64,000 bases of DNA from Cyanophora paradoxa CCMP329 (taxonomy: Eukaryota; Plantae; Glaucophyta), in the NCBI GenBank assembly GCA_004431415.1, contig QPMI01000157.1:202016-266015 (forward strand). The letters run 5' to 3'. Every line of letters starts with the position of its first letter. Position 1 is the stretch's first letter. Shown here in pieces: positions 12,770 to 25,909 of this stretch. Position numbers and translations under genes: made by a program. The notes beneath the pieces are model-generated. The model saw nothing but the letters and a program-made list of their open reading frames with translations. It did not search any database and was not told the origin of the DNA.

Positions 12770-15700
12770 TGGTCTCGAATCTACAGGTGGACGCTGGTGC
12801 CGAACGTGGGGTACCGCTGGTCAGCGTTGACGTTGCTCTCCATGTCGCCCTTCCCTCCGCGGGCGTTGGGTCTCGCCCGCTTGCGCTCGTCGCTCCGGCG
12901 GCGGATGTACCTGTCCGACCATCGCGGCGTGGTGAGCGTCCCGCAGATCTAGAGCTCTCAGCTTCGACTTCGCACCAGACGACGGCGGCGATGAGCGCCG
13001 CGCCCCCCACACCGCCGACGACGCCGCCGATGATCGCGCCGGAGTTCGTCCCGTCGCCGCCGCCGGTCGCCGTCGTCTGGGACGCGCCTCCGGCAGCTGC
13101 GTTGGAGCCGGAGCCGGAGCCCGAGCCCTGGACGCAGCCGGCTCCCGGGCAGGCCGGGAGGAAGGTGATCCCGCCGATCGTGCGGGGCACGGTGGTCGAC
13201 CGCAGAGCCCGCAGCAGCGTCGCTACCAGCGCGTCCGTCGCCGCCTGCGACTGCGTTGACGTGACCTGTGCGGCGGAAAAGCCAATCCGAAACAGTGAGC
13301 AAGAGCAGCAGCTGCGATAATTATGGAGCACCTCCCCGTTGACGATGACGGACCCTCGCACGAGCGACAGGATCTGCGGTCGACGTCAGCGTTCATATAT
13401 ATGCATAGACCCGAAATTAAACCTTAAACGGTGAAAAGGACGCGTGCATGCGCATGCGCACCCGCACGGCGCCCTTCTGGAGGCCCAGGACGGACTCGAA
13501 CCACGCCCCGAGCTCGTCCTTGACGGTCTGGTTCGTGAAGAACGCGTCCGGCGGCGACTGCGTCGTGTTGAACGTGTACCGGAAGGGGCCTGCGGGGCGG
13601 GCGCGCGTAAGTGCACGCGTGTGCACACATCAGCGCTGGCTTGGCTGCGCACTGGCGAAGGAGCAGGAGAGGCTGTCCGCAATTGCAGAGGAGGAGGACG
13701 AGCAGAAAGCGGGCGCCGTGCACGTGCCAGCGCACCACACGCATTGCGCTGCACGTGTGCACACAAATATAATTGAGTTTAGACCAGCGCAAGTGGTTTA
13801 TAGATCAGATCGACGTCGACGGCTCCGTTCGAGATCTAAGCCCGTCTTACCGGACGAAGTGGCGGTGCAGGCGGTGCAGGACGTCGCGACGGCGCAGGAG
13901 CTGTTGAGGCCCCCGAGGATTGCCCCCGCCCCGGGAAGGTTCGGAATCAGCTCTGCGCGTCGACGTTTACGTGTGCGCACGGGGCTCGCTTGAGATTTAC
14001 AGCCGGCGGGCGGAACGCACGGACGTCGGTGATGGAGTCATCGCCCATCGACACGGCCCCTGCCGCCCCCGGAATGTTGACCTGCGCCGCACCCACCGCG
14101 GCGCGATAGCGATGAATAGAAGTACGACAGGCCCAGAAAAGCGCCGGATACGCACTGCAGCGAGCCCGCTGGAGACGGGAACGTCGCCGAAAGAGAACGT
14201 TTCTCCCCGCAGCGTCGCGCTGTTGACCGCCGACTGGATCGAGCTCGTCACCTTGCCATCAGAAATTATAACTCGCAAGCGAGTGCAGCCGGCGCGTGCG
14301 CGAGAGACGGAAGAGCGCGCACAGAGGCGGCGTCGGAGCCCGGGGCGCTCTGGACGGCGACGGTGACCGCGACGCTGCCGGCGAGCAGCCGGCGCCGCCG
14401 GGCGACGTCCTGCGAGACGCGCCGGCTTGAGCTTTGATCGCATGGCGTGCCGAGCAGAGCGCGACGGGCGATTTTGAGGCGCACCTCGATGTAGAGGATG
14501 CGGAGGCGGCCGGGCGGAATCTTGAACTGCCTCGCGATGGCCTGGAGGAACTTGACCTGCTTCTCTGCCGTGAAGTCCGCCCTGCACAGGCGGAGCGAAG
14601 TCTCGGCCGGACGCAAAGAAAGCTTAGACCGAGCAGGCGAGAGCGCACCTGCTGATGCCGAGGGCGAGCGTGACGTTCATCGACAGGCTCGCGGCGGGCA
14701 GCGACGAGGCCTGCAAAGAGAGTGAGCGATCCTGTCTGCAGGGCGAGAGTTCTGGAGCCTTGAAGTTCGAGCCGGGCGCGCCTCGGTGCGGACGAGGTTG
14801 TCGGGGGTGCGGGGTGCTTCGCCGACGACCATCTGCTCCAGGGGCATCGGGAGGCACACCTTCGCCTTCGCCTCCTTCATCGCCGCCCGCCCCGCCCGCG
14901 CCGCCTGCACAAATTCAAAGGGAAAGAAAGCGGAATTGAGAGCCGCGACGTCGACACGAAGGATATATAGCGGGCACGCGGGCCGCTCGCCTGGAGGTTG
15001 AGGAGGTCGCGCCAGAGGACGGCGGACGAGGCGGGGACGGTGGCGGGGCACGTCCCCTCCAGCAGCTCGTGCACCTCCGGCCCGAACTGGAAGACCGTCG
15101 CCTCCTCCGAGATCGCCGGGCTCTCTTTCACGGCCGCGCGGGTGTACAGCGCATTCTCTGTGTGCCAGTGCCAGGCCTGGGAGGGCGAACGTTTTGCGTT
15201 CAATTATCCCCCCAAACGCGCTTGCGACATTAAATGCATATGATTGTGAGTGTTGAAGCAGAGTTGAAGATGCTTACCCTCACGTTCCTGCAAAACGATG
15301 CAGCACGCGTACGTGTCAGATATCGCGATTGATTGCAATCGAAGAACACGCACAGAGTGTAAATGTTCCGGATGAGCGAGTACAGAGACGTGAAGGGAGC
15401 ACGGGCCACGTCCCCGAGGAGCGGCACCTCGGTGAAGACGACGATGCGCGAGATGCTGTCCAGGACGCTCTCCGCGCTAGCTCTAGTGCTAGTACCGGTG
15501 TAAGTGGGAGCCATAGAGGCCCCGAACTTTCCATCGTTGCAAGCACACGTCGGGCCGTCGTAGCATGTGCCTCCTGTACCGATGCCGGTAGAAGTGGACA
15601 AACACGTTGAAGTCTGACCACGTCGACTGTAGCTAGGCTGGCAGTAGCACGACCTGTCGGTGGTCTTGGGGATCGAGACGTAGGCTTGCGATATTCCTTC

Positions 15701-18700
15701 GTTGCATTCACATGTTCCGCCGGAGCAAGATTCAGTAGCACCTGAGCCGTCGACAAAAGTCTTCCTCAAGCAAGTTCCGCCGCTCGGAGAACATGAGCAG
15801 GAAAGGAGGACGGTCTCGCGGGAAGTCGATCTCGTCTCGAGGAACGTGGAGTCCGGGATCGACGTGCAGCTTGCGGCGTAGTGCGCTCGCGCTGGAGAGC
15901 CGTCCGCGCAGACAGCTGCAACTTCATTACACGAACTTGACTTGAATGAAGCAGGCACAATTGCCCGGTTGAATAAGTCGGGATAATATGTCATCGGGTA
16001 GAATGTAGGTATGCTTGTGTCGCTCGCCGATCGCGAGAGGAGAGGCGGCCAGTAGCCGGCAGGCGAGGCGCAGCTGGGGCAGGCGAACTTCCACTCTCCC
16101 AGCTGGCCGTTCTTCCAGCTGCGGTGAAGGCTGCATGCATATGCGGTCGGGGCTTGAGTCAGGCGCCGACGCGAAAAAAAAGGTTTTTGCATGCGTGTCA
16201 CGATATAAAGTCTCGAAGCTTAAGTACAAGACGCACCTGCAGTCTTCGTATTCCCTGCTTGCTGGATCGCTAGGCGCACTGATTCCAGGAAAGGAGAATG
16301 ACGCGATTGCTCCATTCGATACATTCCGCGGCTGCCCATTCGGAGTTCTTTGCCATGATTCAAAAATTAGAGATGCGAATCGTCAATCAGACAATTTTCA
16401 ATCACTTACGGGTAGAAGTAAAATGTGCCTTGTGTGTAAGTCGGGAAGAAGGTGCTGCATCCCGGCGGACGGGGTCGTACATCCAGACTCGCCGAGCAGT
16501 TGTTTATCAGACCTCCATTGAAATAGGGCATTCTAATCCGGAACACGCTCCCCGGCTGAATTAGATTACCATTTGCATTGCCGAACAAACTGACATATGT
16601 TATCTCGCTTTCAGTTGTCTCCTGCACGACGTCCCCATACACTGTCGTCCCGTTGACGTAGGTTGTACTGACACGGTAGCGCTTGGCGTGGAACGACAAA
16701 GCCGTGTGCAGGTCAAGAAGCAGAGGATATGGAGCCGCGGCGGAGTATGCAACGTCCGCCGACTGCGGGGCAAGCGTAGTTATTACGACAACACAGTTGA
16801 TGACAAGTTTGAAATCAAGCACATAGTGCGCTGTCGTGAATGACCTCTCTGGGAGTTCAGCATACGTCGAGGTAATTCCCACTATGTTAATCAGGTTTCG
16901 CTTGAACGCTTCTTCGGTGCGTATCCTGCGCATTCATACAGGAATTATCGAATGGTATGGTATACGTGTATATATATATATGTTCAAGCAGCACTGGCAC
17001 TCACACTTCATAGCATCTCGAATGGCTGTCGCCCCCTCTTGCAGCCCACTCGCCGGTGAAAGGGGTCACTCTGCACGCGTCCCCAAATTAAAGTGTAAAC
17101 ATTACGCTTTTAAAATTCCAAAAGCGCATTGCATGCGAGGCCTCGTGATTTTTAAAAGCTTAAAGAGTGCACGAGAAGTGCACACTCACCTGCGATTGCT
17201 CACGCAAGCAGCCGAGTAGGAAGGCTTAGCGAGGGTCCGAGAGTCCAACACGGTAGCAGGAGTGCTGGTATTCATGATCAGCTCCACCTGCGTGCGCAAT
17301 CGCATATAGCGATCTTCAGCTTAAAACAGTTTGTCGAGCTCGGGTGCAGGCTGGTATACGTAGGGGCACTTTTGCGAGCGAGGCGAAATCGAGGCGGAAT
17401 GTGTGCGGAGGATATCGCGATTGGAAAGTTTCATTGAACAGTGGCTGCGCCCGCGTGCAGTCTTAGTCAGCCGCGGCCATATATAGATTCGTCGTCGAAA
17501 GCCTCCAACTTGCTTCTGCAGTAGCTGCACTCACGAAATTGAAGGCGCCGTCGCTGTAGACGGAGGAGTCGTTGAAGGCCGGAAACTCAGCGGCTGATCT
17601 CAAGGCGTTCCATGAGGACCACGACCACGAATCCTGGGTGGTTTCTCGGAGCTCGTACTTTAAATCGGTATTGGACCCGGCGTTAGCGTTTCCCAGGCAG
17701 TTCCCGATGCCCGTGTTGAACTTGTACCCGTCGCTCAGGTACGTGCCGATGCACTCGACCCTCGTTACGGGTATCACGTTGTCCGACGCGTCCTTGAACC
17801 TCACTCCCACGTTCTGCAGGCCGACCGACACGCGCTTGTAGTGGTCCGTGACTTGGTACTTCATCGCGATGTTGACCGTTCTGCGAATGCAACGTGGATA
17901 TTCGAGTTCCGTGATGACGAGTCAATCAGCACACTCACATCGCGCATTCAGCAGTAGCCAGACAAGCGGGGCCCGTGCTGATTTTAATTTCGTCCAGCGC
18001 AAGTGGGATGACTCCCGGTTGCGGGGCGGAGAGGGGCCCGTTACTGCAAACGTTCAATGCTGCGCGAGAGCATAAAATTGCGGATGCGGCGCACCCCCAG
18101 AGGGCGTTGGAGATGAGGTCGTAGAGCCTGATGAAGCCGACGGGGAGGCCGAGGAACTCCTCCAGGGGCGCCTCCACGTTCTCGCACACGCCCGCGCCCC
18201 CGCACGCCGCGCTCGTGTCGCACCCCTGCGCATGCGGAGCCGCGTCAAGAGGGCGGAGAGAGCGGCTCGACCCGAGCTGCTTGCGATTGTCGCAGCGCGC
18301 CTGGTGGATGGTGAAGTGATCCGCCCCCGTGCCTACGTTGCGGCCGCGGAGAAAGGTTTAGACTCAGCGTGTCTGGAGTCAGGGTCTGCGAGGGGCGGGC
18401 GCACCGGAGACGCCGAGCTCAAAGGCGGCGAGGCCGGACGGCTCGCCGTGGCACTGCGCGAGCCCCGCCTCCGCCTTCAGGTCCTTCGGCAGGAACTTGG
18501 CTGCCGCGAGGCGGGCAAGGCCGCGAACGTTAGCGCTCGACGTCGGTGGCGGATGCGGAGGGCGCGGGGCGCGCGGGGGCACCGATCCTGGCGAGGCAGT
18601 AGCCCTTTTCGGCGATCGCGTCGAGGCTGCAGTCCGTGGTCCTCACGTCGAAGAGCGTCGCGTTCTCGCTCGCGTAGTAGCTCGTCAGCGCCGGCTTCGG

Positions 18701-21390
18701 CGGCTTCCCCGCCGCGTTCGTGAACGTCGACCTGCACCGGCCGTGCAGACTTTACTTTAGCACGGAATTCGAGCGCGCGCCGGGGCGGGCGCGGTGGACA
18801 GCGCGCGCACAGGAGGTAGCCGGCGCTCCACGGCAAGTAGTACACGAGCTGGCCTGGGCTCAGGCTGACCGACCGCGCCGCATAGCGCGCCGTCTGCGAG
18901 AGAGCATCGACCACAAAACAGGCTTCATCCCAATAGAGTCGCGTCAGGCACCTGCAGGCCCTTGACGTACTCGCCGAGCCAGGCGGCCGCGGGGCGGGCG
19001 ATGGGCAAGCGTGCCGAGACGCCGAAGTTCATGAGGCCGACGTGGATGCCGCCTGCAGACACTCGCACGTTCGGCCGGAGAGCGCTGCGGGCGTTGCGGG
19101 CGGGGGACGGACCCTCGCAGTCGAAGGCGAGGAGCTTGGTGACGGGCTCCTTCTTGTCCATGACCACGCGGATGCCCGAGTACGCGATGTCCCGCCCTTG
19201 CTTGCGCGCCTCGGAGACGGCCGACTCCCCGCTCGCCAGCTTCCCTGCCCGCAGGTGTCATTGCGGAAGGGAAGCTACCGAGCGCGGGCCCAAGGCGGAC
19301 CGTCCCAGGATGAGACCTGCGAGCAGACCGTGACGCCGGTCGTGTCCAAGGGCGCGACGCAGCCCATGATGTCCTTTGCGAGGTACTGGTAGATCGGCCA
19401 CTGGCTGCAGACGGAGCGTCAGCCCCACCGGCATGCTTGCAGCAGAGACGCAAGGCCAGGCCATTGTTGCGCACACGGACTCCAGTGAGAAGTACGGAGT
19501 TTTGAACGAGGGGGAGAACAAGGTGCTGTTGCGGTACAGCAGCTCGGCGTTGGCGGTCGCGGTGATGCCGAGCCTCGCTGCGGAAGGACCGGCCACGCAT
19601 CAGCGCGCGCGGACGTTTCCAACGGGGCGAACGCACGGGCAGTGACGACGCAGGCCTTGTACGAGACGGTCTGCCGGGGCGGGGGTCACGAGAGGGGCGG
19701 GCCTGCGCAAGGAGCGCGGGGGGAGAGGGGCGCGCCTCGGTCGGGGCGAGGCCGTGGAGGGAGCGGTAGTAGTTGAGGAGGTCGCGCATCACGCCCGCCA
19801 CCAGGCCCTCCGCGTCATCCCCGTCGTACATGCCCAGGCCCTGCCGCCCGCCGCGACGCCCTCGAGTTAGCATCTTACTGCTGGAGCAGGGGCCGGGCCG
19901 ACGAGGGGCGGGGGGGATGGGGACCTTGAGGAAGGTGAAGACCTGCTTCTGCGTCGGGCTCTCGAAGACGTTGAGGCAGACGGAGCCCGTGTCAGACGCG
20001 CTCGCGCGGCAGTCCGCGTCGCTCTGGCGCCCTCTTCAGCAGCGGATCGGACCGCGGCCGCGGCCGGGACCGGCCTGCAAGTCGCCGGGCACGCGGCAAT
20101 TGAAGGCTTTCGGGATCGGGCGCACCGAGCAGGGGCGGAGGAAGTGGGAGCACATGCTGCCCTCGCAGCCGATCGAGATGAAGGGCAGGCTCGTCGCCGG
20201 GCAGAGCTCGTACGCGACCTAATGTTATGCCGTACGGGCGTCAGAGAAATCGCCGAGAACTAAAACTGATAGCGACTATAGCTAACTACGGGCTCGTCGC
20301 TTAAGCTTTCTATAGTCTGAAGCTAGCACATTAATATATTCTATAATTAATTATTCAAAATTAAAAGATATACTCAATTACCTTGAACACGGCTCCGACG
20401 GTGGCGCGGGCGTCGATGGTCATGAAGCAGGGCCCGTTCCCAGAACAAGTGTCTGATCACGTGGCAAAGTCAGCAGCGCGCTCGATCGCGATTGCGAGTC
20501 TGGAGCCCATGCATGTATGCATATATATGGCCAGCGCGCACCGGGGAGCCAGGCCTGCGGGGAGGGGTTGGCGTTGTAGAACGCGTTCCAGAAGAATGGG
20601 AGGCCCATGTACGTCTTGCGCATCGCCTTCCGCGCCGCCTCCGGCAGAACTGCACGGGGCCGACCGCGACCGAGAAAGCGCGCGTCAGCACACATATGCA
20701 TACAGCTGCAGCCGATCGCGAGAAGGCCTGGGTGGGCGGGTCGCGCACTGGCGAAGCCCTTGCGGGCGACGGCGCGGAAGACGTTGACGACGGCCTGGGG
20801 CCCGAAGCCCCAGCCGGTCGCCCAGTCGGAGTCCGTGAGCTGCGAGGAGGAGCCCGCCTGCTCCCGCTCCATCATGCACTTGAACCGGTCCTTCAGCTTT
20901 TCTGCGCGCCCCGGCCCCGTCGGGCCGGGCCCCCGGCCGCAGCTGCAGGCCGCCGGCCCCGGGACGGATATATGTCTCATATGTATATACGGATCATCGG
21001 ATGATCCGACGATCATGATCATATACGTATATACATGCATGATCAAGCGTGCGGGCCGGCGCCTAGCCATAGCTATATATATAGGGGCGGCCGCTCGCGG
21101 CCGCAGGCATATGCATTCATACTATATGATCTTAACCGAAATACGCATTGGGGCGCCGCGGCCGGCGCACTTGTGAAGAGCTCGGCGGTGCCGGAGCCCT
21201 TGAGGAGGCGGCTGAGGTCGAGGCTTGCGTTCATGAAACCGGTGGGGAAGGCGTGCAGGCGGGCGCCGCAGTCGAGGCGGAGGAGCTCGTTCCCGACGGC
21301 CGCCGGCGCCGGCGGTGCCGAAGCCGACGAGGCCTCCGCGCACGGCGCGAGGGCGACCGCCGCTATCACCAGCCCGATCGCGAGGACCAT
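12770..21390 (-). CDS. Host multi-exon gene(s), probably one large type-I membrane/surface protein (signal peptide, Cys-rich EGF-like repeats, C-terminal TM helix); 3' end approximate
   Basis: MVLAIGLVIAAVALAPCAEA at 21390; Cys-rich exon ~15400-16100 (CSCSPSGGTC, CSGGTCECNEG, CYDGPTCACNDG); TM GAIIGGVVGGVGGAALIAAVVW near 13000; many short introns. Confidence 0.5.
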
Positions 21391-22843
21391 CGCGAAAGTC
21401 AACGAGTGCGCCTGAAGCGTGCGCACGCCGCGCCTGGGGCGATATCGATCCCGCCCGCAAGTCATGATTTCGCCGATCGCGAGTCGCCTCGATCCTGAGT
21501 CCAGGCTACCGGTGCTTAGCGCTAGCTAGCTTATCAGGCTAGTCCAGGCTACCGGTGGTATACGCGTATCGATACTATGATTTTCGATGATCCGCCGATG
21601 CGGTTAGCACTGCGGCATGCGCAGTGACTTACGAAGTTAGCACTCACTGAGAGACAGCGGCCCAGCGATAGATCGAAATACGTATACTAGCTATCGTATC
21701 CGATCTTATACGTATGCGTACGTACGTATACGTACTGAGTAAGGATGGATCGTAAACGTATATATACCGGTACGTTTACGTATATACAACTAAAAGAACT
21801 GGCCCGGCTGCCCGAGAAATCGGCGGGCTGGCCCGGGGGTCAAAGCCTTATCCGATGATCATATTAGTATGCCAGCCGGCCAGCTGGTCGACCAGACCAG
21901 CGGCCATACTATGATACTCCCAGTATCCGATCCCTACCGGACCAGTAGTAGTACCGGACCAGCTGGCAGGACCGGTACGTCACGGCGTATACCGGTACCC
22001 GCGGCGCCGGCCCGCCGCGCGGGGGCCCGCGGCCGGCCGGGCGCGCGCGGCCGCCGGGGCCGGCGCCGGGCCGGCCGGCCGCGGGGCCGGCCCCGGCCGC
22101 CGGGCGGCCCGGCCGGGGATCGGACCGTCGTCGGAGCCGGGCCGGCGGGGGGCCGGGCCCGGGGGGCCGCCGCCGGCCCGCGCGCCGGGCCCCGGCCCCC
22201 GGGGCTGATCCGGCTGATTCGCGTCACTGCGTCAGGCCACTGATCGGCTCCGATCGTGATCGCAGGATCCGCGCGGCTCAGACGCCCGGCCGGATCAACG
22301 GCCCCACAGAATCTACGGGAAACTTGGCATCTTGAATGACAAAAGCGCTCAGGCGGGCCTGAGGCGGCTAGTGGCTCAGTGAAACCGATGAATGAAAGAA
22401 GTCCCACTGAGTCAAAATGTGACTATCACTGAGTCGACATCCGATGATCAGAAGTTAAGATATGGCCCGGCGCGGCGCCAATTGCAACTTCCGCCAAGGA
22501 GATATGACGCTCCCAAATTAATATTATGTCGTGCGGGGACTCCGAGGGACTCCCGGGAGCCGGGAGGCTGGGCCGCCGGGCCAGCCCGCCGGGCCGCCTG
22601 AGCCCGGCCGATCGAAAAGTCCAAAACCACTGGGCCAGCGGCGCAGCGGCGCGGCGGCAGCGCCGGCCGCTGGCCCGGCCGCGATATCCGATCATCGGAT
22701 GATCGATGCACCGACGCAGCACCGTACGCGTGGCACCGGCCCGGCCGGCCGCAGCGTGGGGCCTCCGCCCCACTGTTTTTTATTGCTCAATTCGGACCGG
22801 TCCGGTCTTGCACGGTAAATATTAAGGTCTGCACTTTAATTAT

Positions 22844-22906
22844 TATGTCGTCCCCAAATTATGTCGCCGAAAACTTGACATGACGACATAATTTGGGGAC
22901 GACATA
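22844..22906. repeat. Perfect 23-bp inverted repeat with 17-nt spacer
   Basis: TATGTCGTCCCCAAATTATGTCG (22844-22866) and its reverse complement (22884-22906). Confidence 0.9.
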
Positions 22907-23617
22907 GCAGGGCGTGCTTAGTGCTACCCCCCAATTTACCGCCCCATACGTTACGTATGATACGTATACAAGTAGTATATCGATCGCGACTCGCGATCGC
23001 GAGTCATGCTGCCTCATGCATATGCTGCTGAGTTATGCACTAGTACTAGTACTACTGTAGAACGGAAAATATTTACTATACGGTATATTGTTACGCGTAA
23101 AGTGAGGGGTACCGGTGCCCGGGTAGGGGGGACAGGCTCATGATCAGAGCCTCTATATATCAGACAGCCTTTATAGTTTGCGCGGGAACAAGCATGTGCG
23201 AGAGGTGCCATCACTGCCATGGCCAGGCCTAGGGGGCGGGCGGGCAGGGGCGCGGGGGGCGGGGGGCCGGGCCTCCGCTGGCGCCCGCTATAGCTAATTA
23301 TAAGGGAGGGTTCGGCCGGCACCGGAAAATAATAACAGTACCGTAAACTTGAAAACAGCTATTTTCACAAATCCGCAAATATTTCTGTGCCGCAAATATT
23401 ACCCGAAGTCTGTACGTATACGTACTACGTAGTACAGTACTAGTACTGGGAGTAGTATAGTCTAGTACTACGTATACGTGGACGTCGACTCGCCGGACTC
23501 GGGCCGGCGTGCTGTGCCACAGGCCTACAGCGCTAGCTCAGCGGCTGCAGTGTTCGGATCATCGATATCGGATCGGATATACTATGATACACACTATCAT
23601 AGTATCATAGCCTGGCC

Positions 23618-25294
23618 ATGGAGCTTCAGGCCGCCGGGCGACCGGTGGACCGTCGGACCATCAAATCGCACTAGTACTGCGGCATTTGCAATTTCAACTT
23701 GCAACTTGCCGGCCGATAGATCGAGCGCTAGCTAAAGATGTGGAGCGCGGGGCCAGCAGCCCCGGCAGATCTGCGCGCTTTCGCATTCAGCGGAGCCGCG
23801 GGCGCGGACGATGTTCAAGTCGACGTTCAGCAGGTGCGATCGCGATTTGCAATTGCAAGGCGCCCTGCAGACGTGCACGTATTCATTACGGTTGATCATG
23901 AGCTTTGCATGGCGAATCGATCGCGAAGGTCCCGGCATCTGCGATGCCAACGTTGGGCTCTGTGTCCGAGGCGCCGGCGGAACGCGTGTATGTGCATGCG
24001 CAGTTTCACGGCTCCGCGGCCGCTTCCGCCGTACCGGTGCATTCAAGCGCTCAACTCTGTCTGATGACTTGCAGTAAACATATATTGATCTGATGATCGC
24101 CTCATGATCAGCAGATCGAACGTACGCGTCCGGAACCCGCGGCCGCGAAGAAACGTGTGCGGGACTACAGCTTGGCGCCACTCCCCGACCCGCGGTCCGA
24201 GGAACCGGTTCCCATCCGCTACTACGACGCGTGCGCATGCGCTCACGATTGTGCCCTAAATTCAGAATCCGAGGTTACAGCGCTTCTGTCTTACTTTTGG
24301 CCCGCGCAGCGTCCTTAGCTTTGCGCGGGGCGTCGACGTCTGCGTCGCCGCGGCGTCGTCCCTCGCCTCGGCCCTCGAGCGGCATAGCCTGAAAGTGCCT
24401 CCTACCCCTCTCCGAGGCTCCCCTTTCCCTGGGACCCCCTCTCCCCGGTCCGCTCCCACTGGACCCCGTATAGCTAATCCTCATTCAGTGCTGGTACGAT
24501 GACGACGTCGCCGAAATCAACGGCGAGATCAAGAACCTCGCCAGGCTCGCCGCTCCTCAAGTTATAATTGATTATATAATTAGTCGCGATCGGTTACATT
24601 ATTTATGTGCCCGCGCCGATTCGCTTGTACCCGCAGGCGTAAGGAGATTGCGGCGGCCATCGAGGGCTGTGATTGCTTTGTCGTCGTTGCCACGCCCGGT
24701 ACCCCTTTTAACCCCCGCCTTCTCCCTCACCGCACCTCGCAATTGCCACGTGCACTCCTCGTCCGTTCGGTCCCTCGAGCGCGCCTCTCTCGAGCGCGGA
24801 CGATGTTGATATGATCATGTGCCGCCCGGAAGTGGGCGGCACAATCATGAGTGTGACTGGAGATCTTTAGTCACACTCATCAACATCGACATCGTCCCCC
24901 CCTTCGCGATCGCACCCGCCTTAAGCTTGATCATGAGCTTCCTACTCTCCCCCGCTCCTCCTCCTCCTCCTCCTCCCGGGGACTCACCCCAGCTTGTAGT
25001 TACCCGTCGCGGCTCCCTCAGTCCGGTCCCTCTTTGTCAGCTTACCCTTATATGTCGCCCGCTTTCGTGTCCGCGCAGAGTGGTTCCAGTCGCCGTGCGC
25101 CTCGAGTCTGCTGCCTCCTGATCCCCCTTTTCCGTCTGAGCTTAAGCGTCGAGTTCAACGGTTCGCTCTGCAGGGCGTGCCTGACGGAGCTAGAGCACGC
25201 GGCGTGGCTCGGCAAGCGCCTTGTCTCCTTTGCACCCGGCGGGCAGACGCTGCAAGCCCTTGAGCTCGGGGCCCGCGTTTCCGCAGCCTCGAGC
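23618..25294 (+). CDS. Host TIR (Toll/interleukin-1 receptor) domain gene, 5' part with domain 1; start tentative
   Basis: Spliced reading DVHVFIT...LKCWYDDD...RKEIAAAIEGCDCFVVVATP...SLCRACLTELEHAAWLGKRLVSF matches the TIR_2 pattern. Confidence 0.6.
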
Positions 25295-25468
25295 AAAAAA
25301 ATGTAAATTGGGCATACTGCCCCACGAAATTATATATGGTAATAAAATCGAATAAACTTTAAACTTTTCGATATTCCACAAACGTTTCGACAAAACCAAA
25401 TCAAAAACAAACCATTCACAGTAACCACACAAAACAAAACGTAAAATCTCAGTAAGCCTCAGTAACAA
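25295..25468 (+). repeat. Outer element left TIR (174 bp)
   Basis: Reverse complement of 48202-48375, one mismatch seen; begins AAAAAAATGTAAATTGGGC. Confidence 0.95.
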
Positions 25469-25546
25469 CAATCGATGTTATATCATAATCTCGGTTATTC
25501 CTCATTGATTGTTTCATATAAAAATAATCTGATAATCTGAATAAAA

Positions 25547-25909
25547 ATGGAAACCAAGCCACAACAACGCTTTTACATTTTCTCTCGATATGATGATCGC
25601 GAATCCGTGAAATCAAAAGGAGCAAAATGGGATTTTGAAAAGAAGCTATGGTTTGTTGAAGATGAAAACAGTGAGATCTTCAAAGAATTCCGAAAACTAA
25701 CAGAAGACGAAATCAAATACATTAATGTTAAAATGTTTTGTCAAGTTGCTTTCAAAGACATCCAATTAGCGAAATCTTATGGTCTCAGATGGGACCCAAT
25801 TCATAAGGGTTGGTATGTTAAAGGAATCCATTATAAAGAAATTTTCAAAGTGTTCAGACCTATCACGAAAATTGTTGAATCGAAAGATGGTTCATACCTC
25901 ACAGCCTAA
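25547..25909 (+). CDS. Small protein with two DUF5710-like repeats
   Basis: YDDRESVKSKGAKWDFEKKLWFV and FKDIQLAKSYGLRWDPIHKGWYV. Confidence 0.7.
   Translation: METKPQQRFYIFSRYDDRESVKSKGAKWDFEKKLWFVEDENSEIFKEFRKLTEDEIKYINVKMFCQVAFKDIQLAKSYGLRWDPIHKGWYVKGIHYKEIFKVFRPITKIVESKDGSYLTA

Noticed and set aside
22330-22450. Hammerhead ribozyme or tRNA-like RNA
   Set aside because: Stems and GAAA are present, but no correctly placed CUGANGA core or cloverleaf was found.
25190-25471. Twin ORFs 25190-25471 and 48202-48429 (also 29086-29328 and the tail of 40842-42677)
   Set aside because: They are read-throughs of TIR sequence, similar only because the TIRs are repeats.
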